Shown: one piece after another, positions 39,378-48,475 of the stretch
Layout: every line of letters starts with the position of its first letter
How positions within the stretch are numbered: the first letter of the stretch is position 1
IMG/VR virus record: IMGVR_UViG_3300031552_000003
Location: 11,422-75,421 of that record
Source: a virus
Reading direction: 5' to 3' (one strand)
Length of the DNA stretch: 64,000 nt
The notes under the pieces: generated by a model
What the model saw: the letters and a program-made list of their open reading frames with translations, nothing else
Told to the model about the DNA's origin: nothing
Database searches by the model: none
Position numbers and translations under genes: made by a program

Positions 39378-40289
39378 TTATTCTCCTTTCACAATTGAGT
39401 AACATTTAAAAACAAGGCCAGGAAAACCTGTATTATAAAATGGTTCGTACATTTCTTCCATAATCAACCCTGCCCTCATATTATCTTCTTTTAATAATAT
39501 TGACTGACAATAACCAAGTACAAGCCTACGAATACTTTCTGGTTCTTGATTTTTTAAACCATTTAATATAAAAGAAATTTCTTTCCATCGAGCACCTTGT
39601 ATTAACTTTCGACAAAGTTCGATGCTTTGTGTTTGTTCTTCGGCTGATTTATGGGCTACATTTAAACGATTTTCAACAGGTGAAGAAAGCACCTGTTCTA
39701 AAATGTTAAGTGCATTACGGGGATGTCCTAAGCTATCTTGGACTATTTGTTCATATACTTCTTTTTGCAAACTTTCATTTTCGCTTCGAACAATTTTACG
39801 TAACAAACTTGTTAATTGTTCATCATTTAATGTTTTTACTTGTAATTGGATGCAACGACTTTTTATTGTATCAAGTATCTTTTGAGGCTCTGTTGTACAA
39901 AGAATAAAATATACATTCAGAGGTGTATCTTCCAAAATTTTGAGTAATGCTGACATCGCATCACTGGTCAACTTTTGGATTTCATCCAATATCCAACATC
40001 TGTTTTTTCCTTCCAGTGGTTTATAAGAACTATTTGTACGAATTTCACGAATCGTATCTATCCCACGAAATTGCCCAGAATCTAATTCTTTTAAATCATT
40101 CCCAACACAATCCAGTTGTGATGCAATTATACGAGCTATGGTAGTTTTTCCACAACCATAAGCACCATGTAAAAGATATACATGAGGTGGATCAGGCTTA
40201 CTCAACATTGTTTGTAAACCTGAAATTATATCTTCATTTCCTTTTACTTGTTCGAATGAAGATGGGCGGTAACGGTGATAGAGGCTCAT
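39378..40289 (-). CDS. dnaX: Clamp loader, DNA polymerase III gamma/tau-like
   Basis: LYHRYRP, GAYGCGKTT, LDE, ALLKILED, SRC motifs. Confidence 0.92.
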   Translation of the reverse strand: MSLYHRYRPSSFEQVKGNEDIISGLQTMLSKPDPPHVYLLHGAYGCGKTTIARIIASQLDCVGNDLKELDSGQFRGIDTIREIRTNSSYKPLEGKNRCWILDEIQKLTSDAMSALLKILEDTPLNVYFILCTTEPQKILDTIKSRCIQLQVKTLNDEQLTSLLRKIVRSENESLQKEVYEQIVQDSLGHPRNALNILEQVLSSPVENRLNVAHKSAEEQTQSIELCRKLIQGARWKEISFILNGLKNQEPESIRRLVLGYCQSILLKEDNMRAGLIMEEMYEPFYNTGFPGLVFKCYSIVKGE

Positions 40290-40291
40290 AT

Positions 40292-40519
40292 TTATGTCCC
40301 TTCATTAATTTGACTTCTTTCACTTTTTATAACAGTTGGAATTGTGCGATTTTTTATTTCACATACTTCATCTTTAGATTCTAAACACCAATTTAAAATA
40401 GAAATACAACGAATAGATTCTTTTATAATATTTTCATTATAAATAATAACTTTTTTTGCTTCTTCTATGCTACGTTGATTTATGCGAATTTCATTTTTTA
40501 TTTCTTCTTCTGTTTTCAT
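40292..40519 (-). CDS. Hypothetical protein
   Basis: ORF abutting dnaX. Confidence 0.45.
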   Translation of the reverse strand: MKTEEEIKNEIRINQRSIEEAKKVIIYNENIIKESIRCISILNWCLESKDEVCEIKNRTIPTVIKSERSQINEGT

Positions 40520-40694
40520 TTCTTTAATTTTTTAAATGATTTTAACGCAAATCCTGCATTATTCATAAAAGAAGCTTTTTCTCGTGATACAGCTACTAAA
40601 GTGTATTCATAACCATATTTGATTATTTTTTTCTTTAGTCTATTGTCTGGCTTTTTAATAATATTGTTTGTTTTCATAAAGTATAATTTAAATA

Positions 40695-40702
40695 CAAATA
40701 TA
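40695..40702 (-). promoter_or_regulatory. Bacteroidota-type -7 box TATATTTG
   Basis: TAnnTTTG in AT-rich intergenic gap. Confidence 0.55.
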
Positions 40703-40742
40703 ATATAATTTTTAATTTAAAATAATATTTAATAAATAATTT

Positions 40743-41132
40743 TTAAAATGGACATTTTTCTTCTCTCATTTTCCATTCATCATCTATATCTAATAAAACA
40801 CCTCTTGCTCTTTTTGAATTATCAGAAACAGTAATAGCTCGAATATTATCCTTATGATACCCTTGTGATGGGTCTATTCTATCTATAGATAGACAATTTG
40901 CTGTTCTACCTTTTAATTTATCATATCCAGTTTGATTACAAAATTCTTTAAAATCATTAAGAGTTATTGTGACTTCTTTATTACGCCTACGTGCATTGTT
41001 TTTAAATTTATCATACCAATAAGCAAGAGGGTTCATTTCTTTTTTTCTTCTTGATTTACAAGTCCAACATAATTTTCTACCTTTACTTGCTTTATTTTTA
41101 CATCCTGGTGTAATGCATTTTTTTTGTTTCAT
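40743..41132 (-). CDS. HNH-like endonuclease
   Basis: SIDRIDPSQGYHKDNI...N; N-terminal Cys cluster. Confidence 0.75.
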   Translation of the reverse strand: MKQKKCITPGCKNKASKGRKLCWTCKSRRKKEMNPLAYWYDKFKNNARRRNKEVTITLNDFKEFCNQTGYDKLKGRTANCLSIDRIDPSQGYHKDNIRAITVSDNSKRARGVLLDIDDEWKMREEKCPF

Positions 41133-42592
41133 ACTAAATCATATTTACTTTTTTCATACCATGAACCATCAACAGGAGCTAAATCAGCATCAACTTCTAA
41201 AGGAATATCAATCCAATCCCAATGTTTAGGTAAATCAATAGTTGTAATTTTATGCACAGTTTTACTGATTAACTTTAATTCTTTTGGATTTACATCAATA
41301 ATAAGTGAATCATGTACCTGTCCAATAATTTTACTATCAAGATTATTATCAATAATAAATTTATCTAATTCAATTAATGAAAAAAGCAAACAATGGAAAG
41401 CAGAACCTTGAATCGGATAATTACTTACTTCTTTTTTGTTCATCACACCTGAACAACGAAACCCTGTATAAAAATCAAAATAACCTTTCTTTTGATATTC
41501 TTCAAACCAATCTATTTTCCATTGTTTATACTGTTTATACCTAACATTCCAAAAATTTTCTTCTATTTCTTTTATGTGTTTCATAAACCCAGTAGCAACC
41601 CATCCTTTTTCAGTTTTTTTGACTGAACCAAATTCTTTTATTCCTTTTGATATTAAATGATCTGATAAATAATAAGGTTTAAATGGTTTTCCCATCTCAT
41701 CAACAATAGGACCTTGTCCATATTTCCATTTTCCTGTTTTTGGAAGTTTTCCCCAGTTATTTGCAAGGTTTTCAGCAGTATTTTTATAATAATCCCCATA
41801 AAATTCAGCAAATACAAAGCCATTTTTTGCAGCTTGACGAAGTAATTTGTGCCCGGGTTTATTTTTATCAAAATTATCAATCATAAATATTTCTTTAGCC
41901 ATATCAGTATGCATATCACCATGTAAAATATCATATCCTAATTTTTCATCTTTATTATAGCAATAGCTTATACGTACTTCGAGTTGGCCAAAATCAACTT
42001 CTAACAATTGATGCCCTTTACGTGGAAATAAAGCACTTCGACACAATTTTTGCATTTCAGCATCCCGTATGGGAATATTTTGGAAGTTTGGAGAATCTGC
42101 TGAACTACGAAAAGTTCTGACTAAGTGCAAGTTATAAAATGGATGTATAATTCCATCCACTTGTTCATTGTAAAACCCGGTTAAAACATCAATTGATTTT
42201 TTAATCTTTCCTTTTTCAAGCAATAAATCTAATTCTGGTATTTCTAATTGTTTTAATGCTTCTTCGTCAGTAGAGCCTTTCTTGCTTTCTCCTGTTTTAC
42301 CCCCTTTAGTATATTTAACAGGAGTAATTCCCTTTACTGTATAAAGAAAATGCCCTAATTGAATTCCTGAATTGATATTTATTTTGCCTTTCGTGTGTTT
42401 TTGCCAATCTTGAAAAAATTCAGATTCTTTAAATTTATGTTCAAAGCGTTCTATTTTACGTTGCAGGAAATTAAGTTTTCTTTTTACATATTCCACATCT
42501 ACTCGGAACCCTTGCATTTCTGCACGTGCCAAAGCAAAAATACCATTATGAAAAAGTTGATAAGCTTCGTTACTATTTGGATGTACTTTCAT
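41129..42592 (-). CDS. polA: Family A DNA polymerase, polymerase domain only
   Basis: PNFQNIP, motif A DFGQLEVR, motif B RQAAK...FYG, NYPIQG, motif C VHDS. Confidence 0.93.
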   Translation of the reverse strand: MKVHPNSNEAYQLFHNGIFALARAEMQGFRVDVEYVKRKLNFLQRKIERFEHKFKESEFFQDWQKHTKGKININSGIQLGHFLYTVKGITPVKYTKGGKTGESKKGSTDEEALKQLEIPELDLLLEKGKIKKSIDVLTGFYNEQVDGIIHPFYNLHLVRTFRSSADSPNFQNIPIRDAEMQKLCRSALFPRKGHQLLEVDFGQLEVRISYCYNKDEKLGYDILHGDMHTDMAKEIFMIDNFDKNKPGHKLLRQAAKNGFVFAEFYGDYYKNTAENLANNWGKLPKTGKWKYGQGPIVDEMGKPFKPYYLSDHLISKGIKEFGSVKKTEKGWVATGFMKHIKEIEENFWNVRYKQYKQWKIDWFEEYQKKGYFDFYTGFRCSGVMNKKEVSNYPIQGSAFHCLLFSLIELDKFIIDNNLDSKIIGQVHDSLIIDVNPKELKLISKTVHKITTIDLPKHWDWIDIPLEVDADLAPVDGSWYEKSKYDLV

Positions 42593-42596
42593 AATT

Positions 42597-43829
42597 TTAA
42601 AAAGGTAAAGGTGAGATTAAGTTTATTTGTTTCATGAATAATCGAAACTCGTTAATCGAATCATATGCACAATATTTTAACAACTTTTCTTTTCCTCCAG
42701 GCATTTTCAAAAGTTCTTCTATTTGATTAATATCATTAGCACTATTTGAAACTTTAGGACGTAGATACGGTGCTATTTCACTATCATAATCAACAATTCC
42801 AAAATTCACATAGTTTTGAAATTTCAACCCGGTTATGCCAGTCCTGTTATCTAAAATATGTGCTGCTTGCATTGTATCATGATACCACCCTTTCACTTCT
42901 GTTCGTAACTTTACTTGTGACCAAACATGCTCGTATTTACAATTTTGAGCTATTTTATTAATGTTTTCATTATTAAGAAAATTAAGAAATGGTTTTAATT
43001 CTCTTCGTGTTTCAGGCATCATAAAAACATATGCATGATTTTCTGAATCTGCAATAGAACAACAAATTATTTTATGTCCTTCTGCATGTGGTTTCAACCC
43101 GGTAGTTTCATAATCAAATGCAGCAAAATTAGGAGAAATATGCGTTTTAACGGAACCTATTTGAGTATATTCAATTTCTTTTAAATCAGTTATAACTTCA
43201 ATCTCAGGTTCTTTCCATATTGGAAATGGTTTATCAAGATGTTCGATAGCTTGTCTCAAATCAAGCTTCCAAATAGTTTCAATTTCATCACGTTGTTCAT
43301 TTAAAATAGTAGAAGGATTAAAAATAGGGCAAATCCATGTTTTAAAATCTTGGTCTGGAATTGCAAATCCTCTCCATTTATCAATATTCCCTAAGTCTTT
43401 TTTCCAGCGATTTCCTATGATGCTATAAAGAGCAGAATTACCAAGCAAAATAATTACTTTTGGTTTATATTTTTCAATTGCTTTTAATACCATTATAGAG
43501 CGACAACAATCTATTTGATGATTTGTAGGTTTATCAGTAGTACAATTTACAGCATTTAAGTTTATACAATCTTCAAATAAATCAATACCTAATTTTTCAT
43601 AAGCCCGTTGTAATTTTCTACCTTCTTTTCCTTGCCATTGTTGCCCACGTTCACTATCTAATTCAGATGGACATTCTCCTATGTTCATTATGCCTTTTTT
43701 GAAATTTCCATAAGGTTTCATTTTTGGATTTAATATCTTTTTGTATAATCCGCAAGATGAGCATGAGAATATTTTACCTGTTGGCCTGGTTTTAGATTCA
43801 GTTTGTTTTTGTGTGAAAAATCCTGCCAT
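42597..43829 (-). CDS. Family-4 UDG-like domain fused to 3'-5' exonuclease (N-terminal part of split PolA)
   Basis: CSSCGL, IGECP, NAVNC, ILLG; then Exo I FDYETTG, Exo II QNCKYE, Exo III YCAYD. Confidence 0.85.
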   Translation of the reverse strand: MAGFFTQKQTESKTRPTGKIFSCSSCGLYKKILNPKMKPYGNFKKGIMNIGECPSELDSERGQQWQGKEGRKLQRAYEKLGIDLFEDCINLNAVNCTTDKPTNHQIDCCRSIMVLKAIEKYKPKVIILLGNSALYSIIGNRWKKDLGNIDKWRGFAIPDQDFKTWICPIFNPSTILNEQRDEIETIWKLDLRQAIEHLDKPFPIWKEPEIEVITDLKEIEYTQIGSVKTHISPNFAAFDYETTGLKPHAEGHKIICCSIADSENHAYVFMMPETRRELKPFLNFLNNENINKIAQNCKYEHVWSQVKLRTEVKGWYHDTMQAAHILDNRTGITGLKFQNYVNFGIVDYDSEIAPYLRPKVSNSANDINQIEELLKMPGGKEKLLKYCAYDSINEFRLFMKQINLISPLPF

Positions 43830-43844
43830 TTTTTAGTTATTATT

Positions 43845-44048
43845 TTATACATTAATTTGAATATCTATTTTACTAAGCAGCAATTCAAAATCTTTTTGAC
43901 TGACATGTTTAGGTTTTGAAATATAAAGCATCGGAAAAGATGAATTACTTTTATTTGAATGGCCCCAAACAATGCCTGATTTAATACCGAAAATTTTTCT
44001 TCTATTTTCGTCAAATTCAAATGATTTTATTGATTCTATAATATTCAT
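43845..44048 (-). CDS. Hypothetical protein
   Basis: Small ORF in accessory array. Confidence 0.5.
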   Translation of the reverse strand: MNIIESIKSFEFDENRRKIFGIKSGIVWGHSNKSNSSFPMLYISKPKHVSQKDFELLLSKIDIQINV

Positions 44049-44105
44049 AATTAAAATTGTACGGTTTAATATTTTAAACTGTTGTTATTTAGATGTTAGT
44101 GCCAA

Positions 44106-44672
44106 TTATAAAACCGCCCGCTTGATATCAAAGTCGCATTTACGAATTTTGCACATACGCCCATCGGTTTTGTGATGAAAAACAATTCCTTCAATATCTA
44201 ATTCTGAGTTTGATAAGTAGTTTTTTAACCCATCAAAAGAAAAGTCAGTTACTGGCAATATTTCAATTCCATGTTTAACTAAAATATGCCCAGTTAAATG
44301 TTCTGGGTTTCCTTGTAATTTTTCGCCACAAAGTTCGTAAGTTCCATTTTCTTTGTTTTTTAAGGCATCAAAGCCAACAAAATGCCATTTATCGGTTGGG
44401 TTATTTCGGTCGCATTTAATCCAATGTGGCCAGTGTCCTGTTATTTCATCAGGTTCTTGGCATGGTATCGCATTTGCTGGTACTTGTTTGCCTTTTTTTA
44501 CATCATAGCGTTTATATAATTCGCCATTAATAATTGCGGTGGCAGTTCCATCAAACTTGCGTGTAGGAATACCTTCGCCATCAATTACCCATTTGTTTTC
44601 GGGTGCAATTTCATTAATTACCCTGCTTAAATCATTCGGGTCTTTTTTGTAAAGTGTGCTAATTTTCTTCAT
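44106..44672 (-). CDS. ATP-dependent RNA ligase-like nucleotidyltransferase (DUF5565 / C12orf29-like)
   Basis: Motif I RKFDGT, YELCG, EGIVF, MCK. Confidence 0.7.
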   Translation of the reverse strand: MKKISTLYKKDPNDLSRVINEIAPENKWVIDGEGIPTRKFDGTATAIINGELYKRYDVKKGKQVPANAIPCQEPDEITGHWPHWIKCDRNNPTDKWHFVGFDALKNKENGTYELCGEKLQGNPEHLTGHILVKHGIEILPVTDFSFDGLKNYLSNSELDIEGIVFHHKTDGRMCKIRKCDFDIKRAVL

Positions 44673-44856
44673 TGTATTTTAATTTTTAAAAGTTGATAAT
44701 CAAATAAATAACTGCCACTAACACCGCGTATAGGTAATGTGGGTTTTTCGTTTAATTCATTCATTTGTTTATATCTATTAAGTTTATACTAAATTGATAA
44801 GTTTAAAATTTTAAACCGTTGTTTTTGCTACGTTTCTGCTCATGAGTAATGTGACA

Positions 44857-45057
44857 TTAATCACTCTGCACATGCACAATACCACTATCAAGTAGGCATA
44901 TTTCAATCTGTTTCCCATCTTCAAGTAACAATTGTAATTCATCACCATCTTCATCCTTGTGTAAGTATATATCTACAATCTTTTTACCAAGGATTTCTTT
45001 GGAGTCGAGCATCCCATATTCTATTGTTTTGCTTGCTTTATATTTTCGTTTTCCCAT
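44857..45057 (-). CDS. Hypothetical protein
   Basis: Small ORF between repeats. Confidence 0.55.
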   Translation of the reverse strand: MGKRKYKASKTIEYGMLDSKEILGKKIVDIYLHKDEDGDELQLLLEDGKQIEICLLDSGIVHVQSD

Positions 45058-45135
45058 AATATTTGTTTTTAAGTTTATACTAAATTGATAAGTTTAATAT
45101 TTTAAACTGTTGTTATTGATATGATAGCAAACATA

Positions 45136-45381
45136 TTAAGAATTCGCTTCGTCTAATAGTTCAGAAGCATTGCCTTTCATATATTCACTAATTTTTTGAT
45201 ATGATTTTGAAACACTATCGTTGTCAAATCCACGAAATTTAACTCTGGCAGGATAAACAGATTTTACTACATCACCATCCATAACAAAAACTATTGCCCA
45301 CCCAAACACATGTAATATTTGATTAATGAAAAGAAGCAAACCTGTACTTCTAAATTCTGACCATTCTTTTTTTGTTACCAT
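45136..45381 (-). CDS. Conserved-looking hypothetical phage protein
   Basis: WSEFRSTGLL..INQILHVFGWAI...YPARVKFRGF. Confidence 0.65.
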   Translation of the reverse strand: MVTKKEWSEFRSTGLLLFINQILHVFGWAIVFVMDGDVVKSVYPARVKFRGFDNDSVSKSYQKISEYMKGNASELLDEANS

Positions 45382-45456
45382 TTTGTTTAAATATTTTATT
45401 TATGTATTTAATTAATAATCAGATAAAAAACAGCTGATAACACGTAATAAACAATG

Positions 45457-45672
45457 CTATAACTTCCCGCTTAATATATCTAATCCGACTGAAGATACTG
45501 TGTTATCAAATACTCTTGGTTTTGATTTACTTGCTTTTGCAACAATGTAAGCATCACGTAGTTTTTGCATTGCATCAATAAAGCTTTCATAATGTTTTTC
45601 ATCTAAGTTGGTAATATCTACCAAATTACCTGTACTTGTTTCCTGTACTAAAATTTTGTTAAAGAATCCCAT
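45457..45672 (-). CDS. Hypothetical protein
   Basis: Small ORF; shares upstream repeat with 44857 ORF. Confidence 0.55.
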   Translation of the reverse strand: MGFFNKILVQETSTGNLVDITNLDEKHYESFIDAMQKLRDAYIVAKASKSKPRVFDNTVSSVGLDILSGKL

Positions 45673-45767
45673 AATATTTGTTTTTAAGTTTATACTAAAT
45701 TGATAAATGTATTCATTCTATTAAGTTTGTGAGGGCTACACATCATATATTCAACATTATAAACAAA

Positions 45768-45986
45768 CTAATTTCCAAAGCCACTAATTAAGTATTTTAG
45801 TAATTGAATACATTTCAACGTGCTTGATTCGGCTTTTATTTTATCAACTATTTTTTCAAGTTCTAATTCATAATCAGATAATCCAGATAATTGAGCAGTT
45901 TCTTGCATCCATTCTACTGTCGATTTTCCACTACCGACACTAAATGAAGGACGTAATTCATCGTTAAATCTATTTTCTTTATTCAT
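45768..45986 (-). CDS. Hypothetical protein
   Basis: Small ORF in array. Confidence 0.5.
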   Translation of the reverse strand: MNKENRFNDELRPSFSVGSGKSTVEWMQETAQLSGLSDYELELEKIVDKIKAESSTLKCIQLLKYLISGFGN

Positions 45987-46010
45987 TATTTGTCTGTTTT
46001 TGTAGTGACA

Positions 46011-46214
46011 TTAAAGCGTAATTTCAAATATACCTTCTATTTCTGCTTTAGTGCCATAATCAACTTTTCCAATATTAAGTTCATAAGCATCTTCATACAC
46101 AACTATATATCTATCTTTAAACCCAGTTTTAATTACGTGTATTAATTCTGGTTCATTTTGTAATCTAAATGTTTTAGTTACATTACCGCTTTCAATCCAT
46201 TTTAAGTTTTCCAT
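46011..46214 (-). CDS. Hypothetical protein
   Basis: Small ORF in array. Confidence 0.5.
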   Translation of the reverse strand: MENLKWIESGNVTKTFRLQNEPELIHVIKTGFKDRYIVVYEDAYELNIGKVDYGTKAEIEGIFEITL

Positions 46215-46321
46215 AATAATAACGCCACATAATAATGCATTGTCTTTATGGTCTTTTTTAAGTTTATACTAAATTGATAAGTTTAAAATTTTAAACTATT
46301 GTTATCGATATTAGATACAAT

Positions 46322-46543
46322 TTAATGTCCACAATATTGCGAAATGAGTTTGATAATTTCATCTTTAAGTACATCTGGCATATTGGAAGTTATTAACGTT
46401 ATCGGTTCATCAATGGGATATTTTTCCAAAATTATTGGTATTTCATCATTTGGTTTGCTTCCAATCATCCTAAACTGGTTGTATGTTAAATTATCAAACT
46501 CAAACTTAATTTCTTTTTCTGGTATTTCTAAAATTGCTTTCAT
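46322..46543 (-). CDS. Hypothetical protein
   Basis: Small ORF in array. Confidence 0.5.
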   Translation of the reverse strand: MKAILEIPEKEIKFEFDNLTYNQFRMIGSKPNDEIPIILEKYPIDEPITLITSNMPDVLKDEIIKLISQYCGH

Positions 46544-46579
46544 AATTAGTATTATAAATTGTGACTAAAAGCTAACTTT

Positions 46580-46834
46580 TCATATTATTATCGCACGCAT
46601 TGTATCTATTATTTCTTCGGTTGTAAATCCAATCTTACTTATCATTCCACCAACTTTCACCATCGCTTCTTTTATTTCTTCATCTGCCATATTAGAAGTA
46701 TCATGTCCGAAAAAAGCAAGTTCGGATCTAAATTTAGCAATTACTATTCGCTCTTGTTTTTCCACGCTTAAAAAGCGCATAACAATGCGTAAAATCCATT
46801 GCTTACGTAGTAGGTAATTTGCAAATGTTTTCAT
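46580..46834 (-). CDS. Hypothetical protein
   Basis: Small ORF; reads through a GTTATGCG core (IVMR). Confidence 0.5.
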   Translation of the reverse strand: MKTFANYLLRKQWILRIVMRFLSVEKQERIVIAKFRSELAFFGHDTSNMADEEIKEAMVKVGGMISKIGFTTEEIIDTMRAIII

Positions 46835-46844
46835 ATAATTAACA

Positions 46845-47855
46845 TTATTTACTTTTAATCACAGTTACATATGTCCAATTATCACCAGAAAACTTTATCC
46901 TGTTTTTTGCTATAATACAATTAAGTGTTTCAGAAAGTATATCTTTCAAAAAATATGGGGATATTGAAAAAGATACAGGCTCCTCATTGTATTTTATTTT
47001 TACTACTTCTTCAAACCACCCACTATCTGATTTACTTGATATTTTAAATTTGTTATTTTCTAAAATTATATCTACAGGCATTTCAAAACCATTATGTTTA
47101 CAAAACACCATAGCTTTGTCTAAAATTTCCTTAGTAGTTTCTGGTAATTTTACTTGTGTCCCTTCTATTTTAAAAAAAGAAGCTGTATCAGGAAAATTAT
47201 CATCTGCAAATATTCTACATGATATTATAACACCCTCATTAGTTTTAAAATGAACCCATCCTTTCCCTTCTGCTATTTTAATAGGGTTCATTTTAGCTAC
47301 TTTTACAACTGATATTGCCGGGATAAGAAAAGTTTCAACAGGAAGCTTATCTTCTAACATTATCTTTGAAATTCGGAATGAATCAGAAGCTTCTACAAAC
47401 CCTTCCTTGTTTACATGTACACATGTTAAAATTGGTTTTGTTGAATCTTGTGAAGCTGTTTTACCTGCAAAAAATATTGCTTTTAATAAATCATCAGGTA
47501 TATTTTTCCACATGCCTTTTTCACCAATACTATCTATTGGTAATTTAATTTCTGATTGTAATGTTAAACCAGCTTTTGACCTGCCACATTTAATCCTAAG
47601 TTCTGTTTCTTCTACAGTTAATTCAATTTCATCTTTTTTTAATTTACTTAGTAGGTTATATAATTCAGTAGCATTTACCGCACCTGTTATATCTAAACCT
47701 TCAACGTGATAAGAAATACTAATTTCATCGTTGTACGTAACAATTTTATCCCCTATAAAAGCAAATGATGTCGATTGTTCTATTAATTCTCTGTTTGCAA
47801 GCCCTGGACGGACTGTTTCAAGTGCTTTTAACAATTCTGTTTTATTTATAATCAT
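46845..47855 (-). CDS. dnaN: Sliding clamp, DNA polymerase III beta-like
   Basis: 336 aa; KPILTCVH, EASDSFRI, FPD, ISPYFLKD patterns. Confidence 0.8.
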   Translation of the reverse strand: MIINKTELLKALETVRPGLANRELIEQSTSFAFIGDKIVTYNDEISISYHVEGLDITGAVNATELYNLLSKLKKDEIELTVEETELRIKCGRSKAGLTLQSEIKLPIDSIGEKGMWKNIPDDLLKAIFFAGKTASQDSTKPILTCVHVNKEGFVEASDSFRISKIMLEDKLPVETFLIPAISVVKVAKMNPIKIAEGKGWVHFKTNEGVIISCRIFADDNFPDTASFFKIEGTQVKLPETTKEILDKAMVFCKHNGFEMPVDIILENNKFKISSKSDSGWFEEVVKIKYNEEPVSFSISPYFLKDILSETLNCIIAKNRIKFSGDNWTYVTVIKSK

Positions 47856-48133
47856 TTTAATAAAATATTAGTTTGAAAAACACTTCTTTTAGTTCCTTTT
47901 TTGTTTGGTGTATTATCTTTTCTTAATTCTACCCCACTATATACACATTCTGGAGGATTAGAAAAATAAATACGAATAACTTCAACTTTAATAGACCCAG
48001 CATGATCTTTAATAATATCACCTATTTTAACAGTATTTTTTGAAATAGCAAAATCTCTTCCTACTTCTTTTTTTGCATTTTTAAAAACAGTATTTAAAAA
48101 TTTTATTTTTTCGTTATATTGTTCTATTGTCAT
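47852..48133 (-). CDS. Hypothetical protein
   Basis: Likely start MTIEQ; YSGVELRKD.TP. Confidence 0.55.
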   Translation of the reverse strand: MTIEQYNEKIKFLNTVFKNAKKEVGRDFAISKNTVKIGDIIKDHAGSIKVEVIRIYFSNPPECVYSGVELRKDNTPNKKGTKRSVFQTNILLK

Positions 48134-48146
48134 AATATTTAAAGTT

Positions 48147-48464
48147 TTAAGCGTGAATATATTTAATAGGTTTTCCAAGCATTTTTGCATATGCGATTTC
48201 TATTTTTACACCTTTTGATTTTTCCCAACATGATAATAGTAAAACATGCAACTCATCACACCATTCAATAAAAGATAAATCTTGTTGCATCCAAAATTCA
48301 TGGTCTAAAGGCAAATCACATTGTTTTGATATTGGATGACTATGAGAAATAGGGGAAAATACTATATTTCCTTGTAACATCAATTCTGCCGCTTTATTAT
48401 TAGCTAAGAAATATCCATAATTTGGGTCTGCTGAATATGGGACTGCTAAATATATTTTTTTCAT
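48147..48464 (-). CDS. Nucleoside 2-deoxyribosyltransferase-like (DUF1937)
   Basis: IYLAVPYS, FSPISHSH, WEKSKGVKIEI. Confidence 0.8.
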   Translation of the reverse strand: MKKIYLAVPYSADPNYGYFLANNKAAELMLQGNIVFSPISHSHPISKQCDLPLDHEFWMQQDLSFIEWCDELHVLLLSCWEKSKGVKIEIAYAKMLGKPIKYIHA

Positions 48465-48475
48465 GTTAATCTATT

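Larger units (their letters stand above)
44064..46321. repeat. Dispersed intergenic repeat AAGTTTATACTAAATTGATAA(GTTTAAWATTTTAAACYRTTGTT)
   Basis: Copies at about 44780, 45071, 45686 and 46260; partial copies at 44064 and 60279; includes perfect palindrome GTTTAAAATTTTAAAC at 44801 and 46281. Confidence 0.85.

Noticed and set aside
44064-46321. Recurrent repeat as a CRISPR array
   Set aside because: Spacing is hundreds of bp with whole genes between copies; no cas genes
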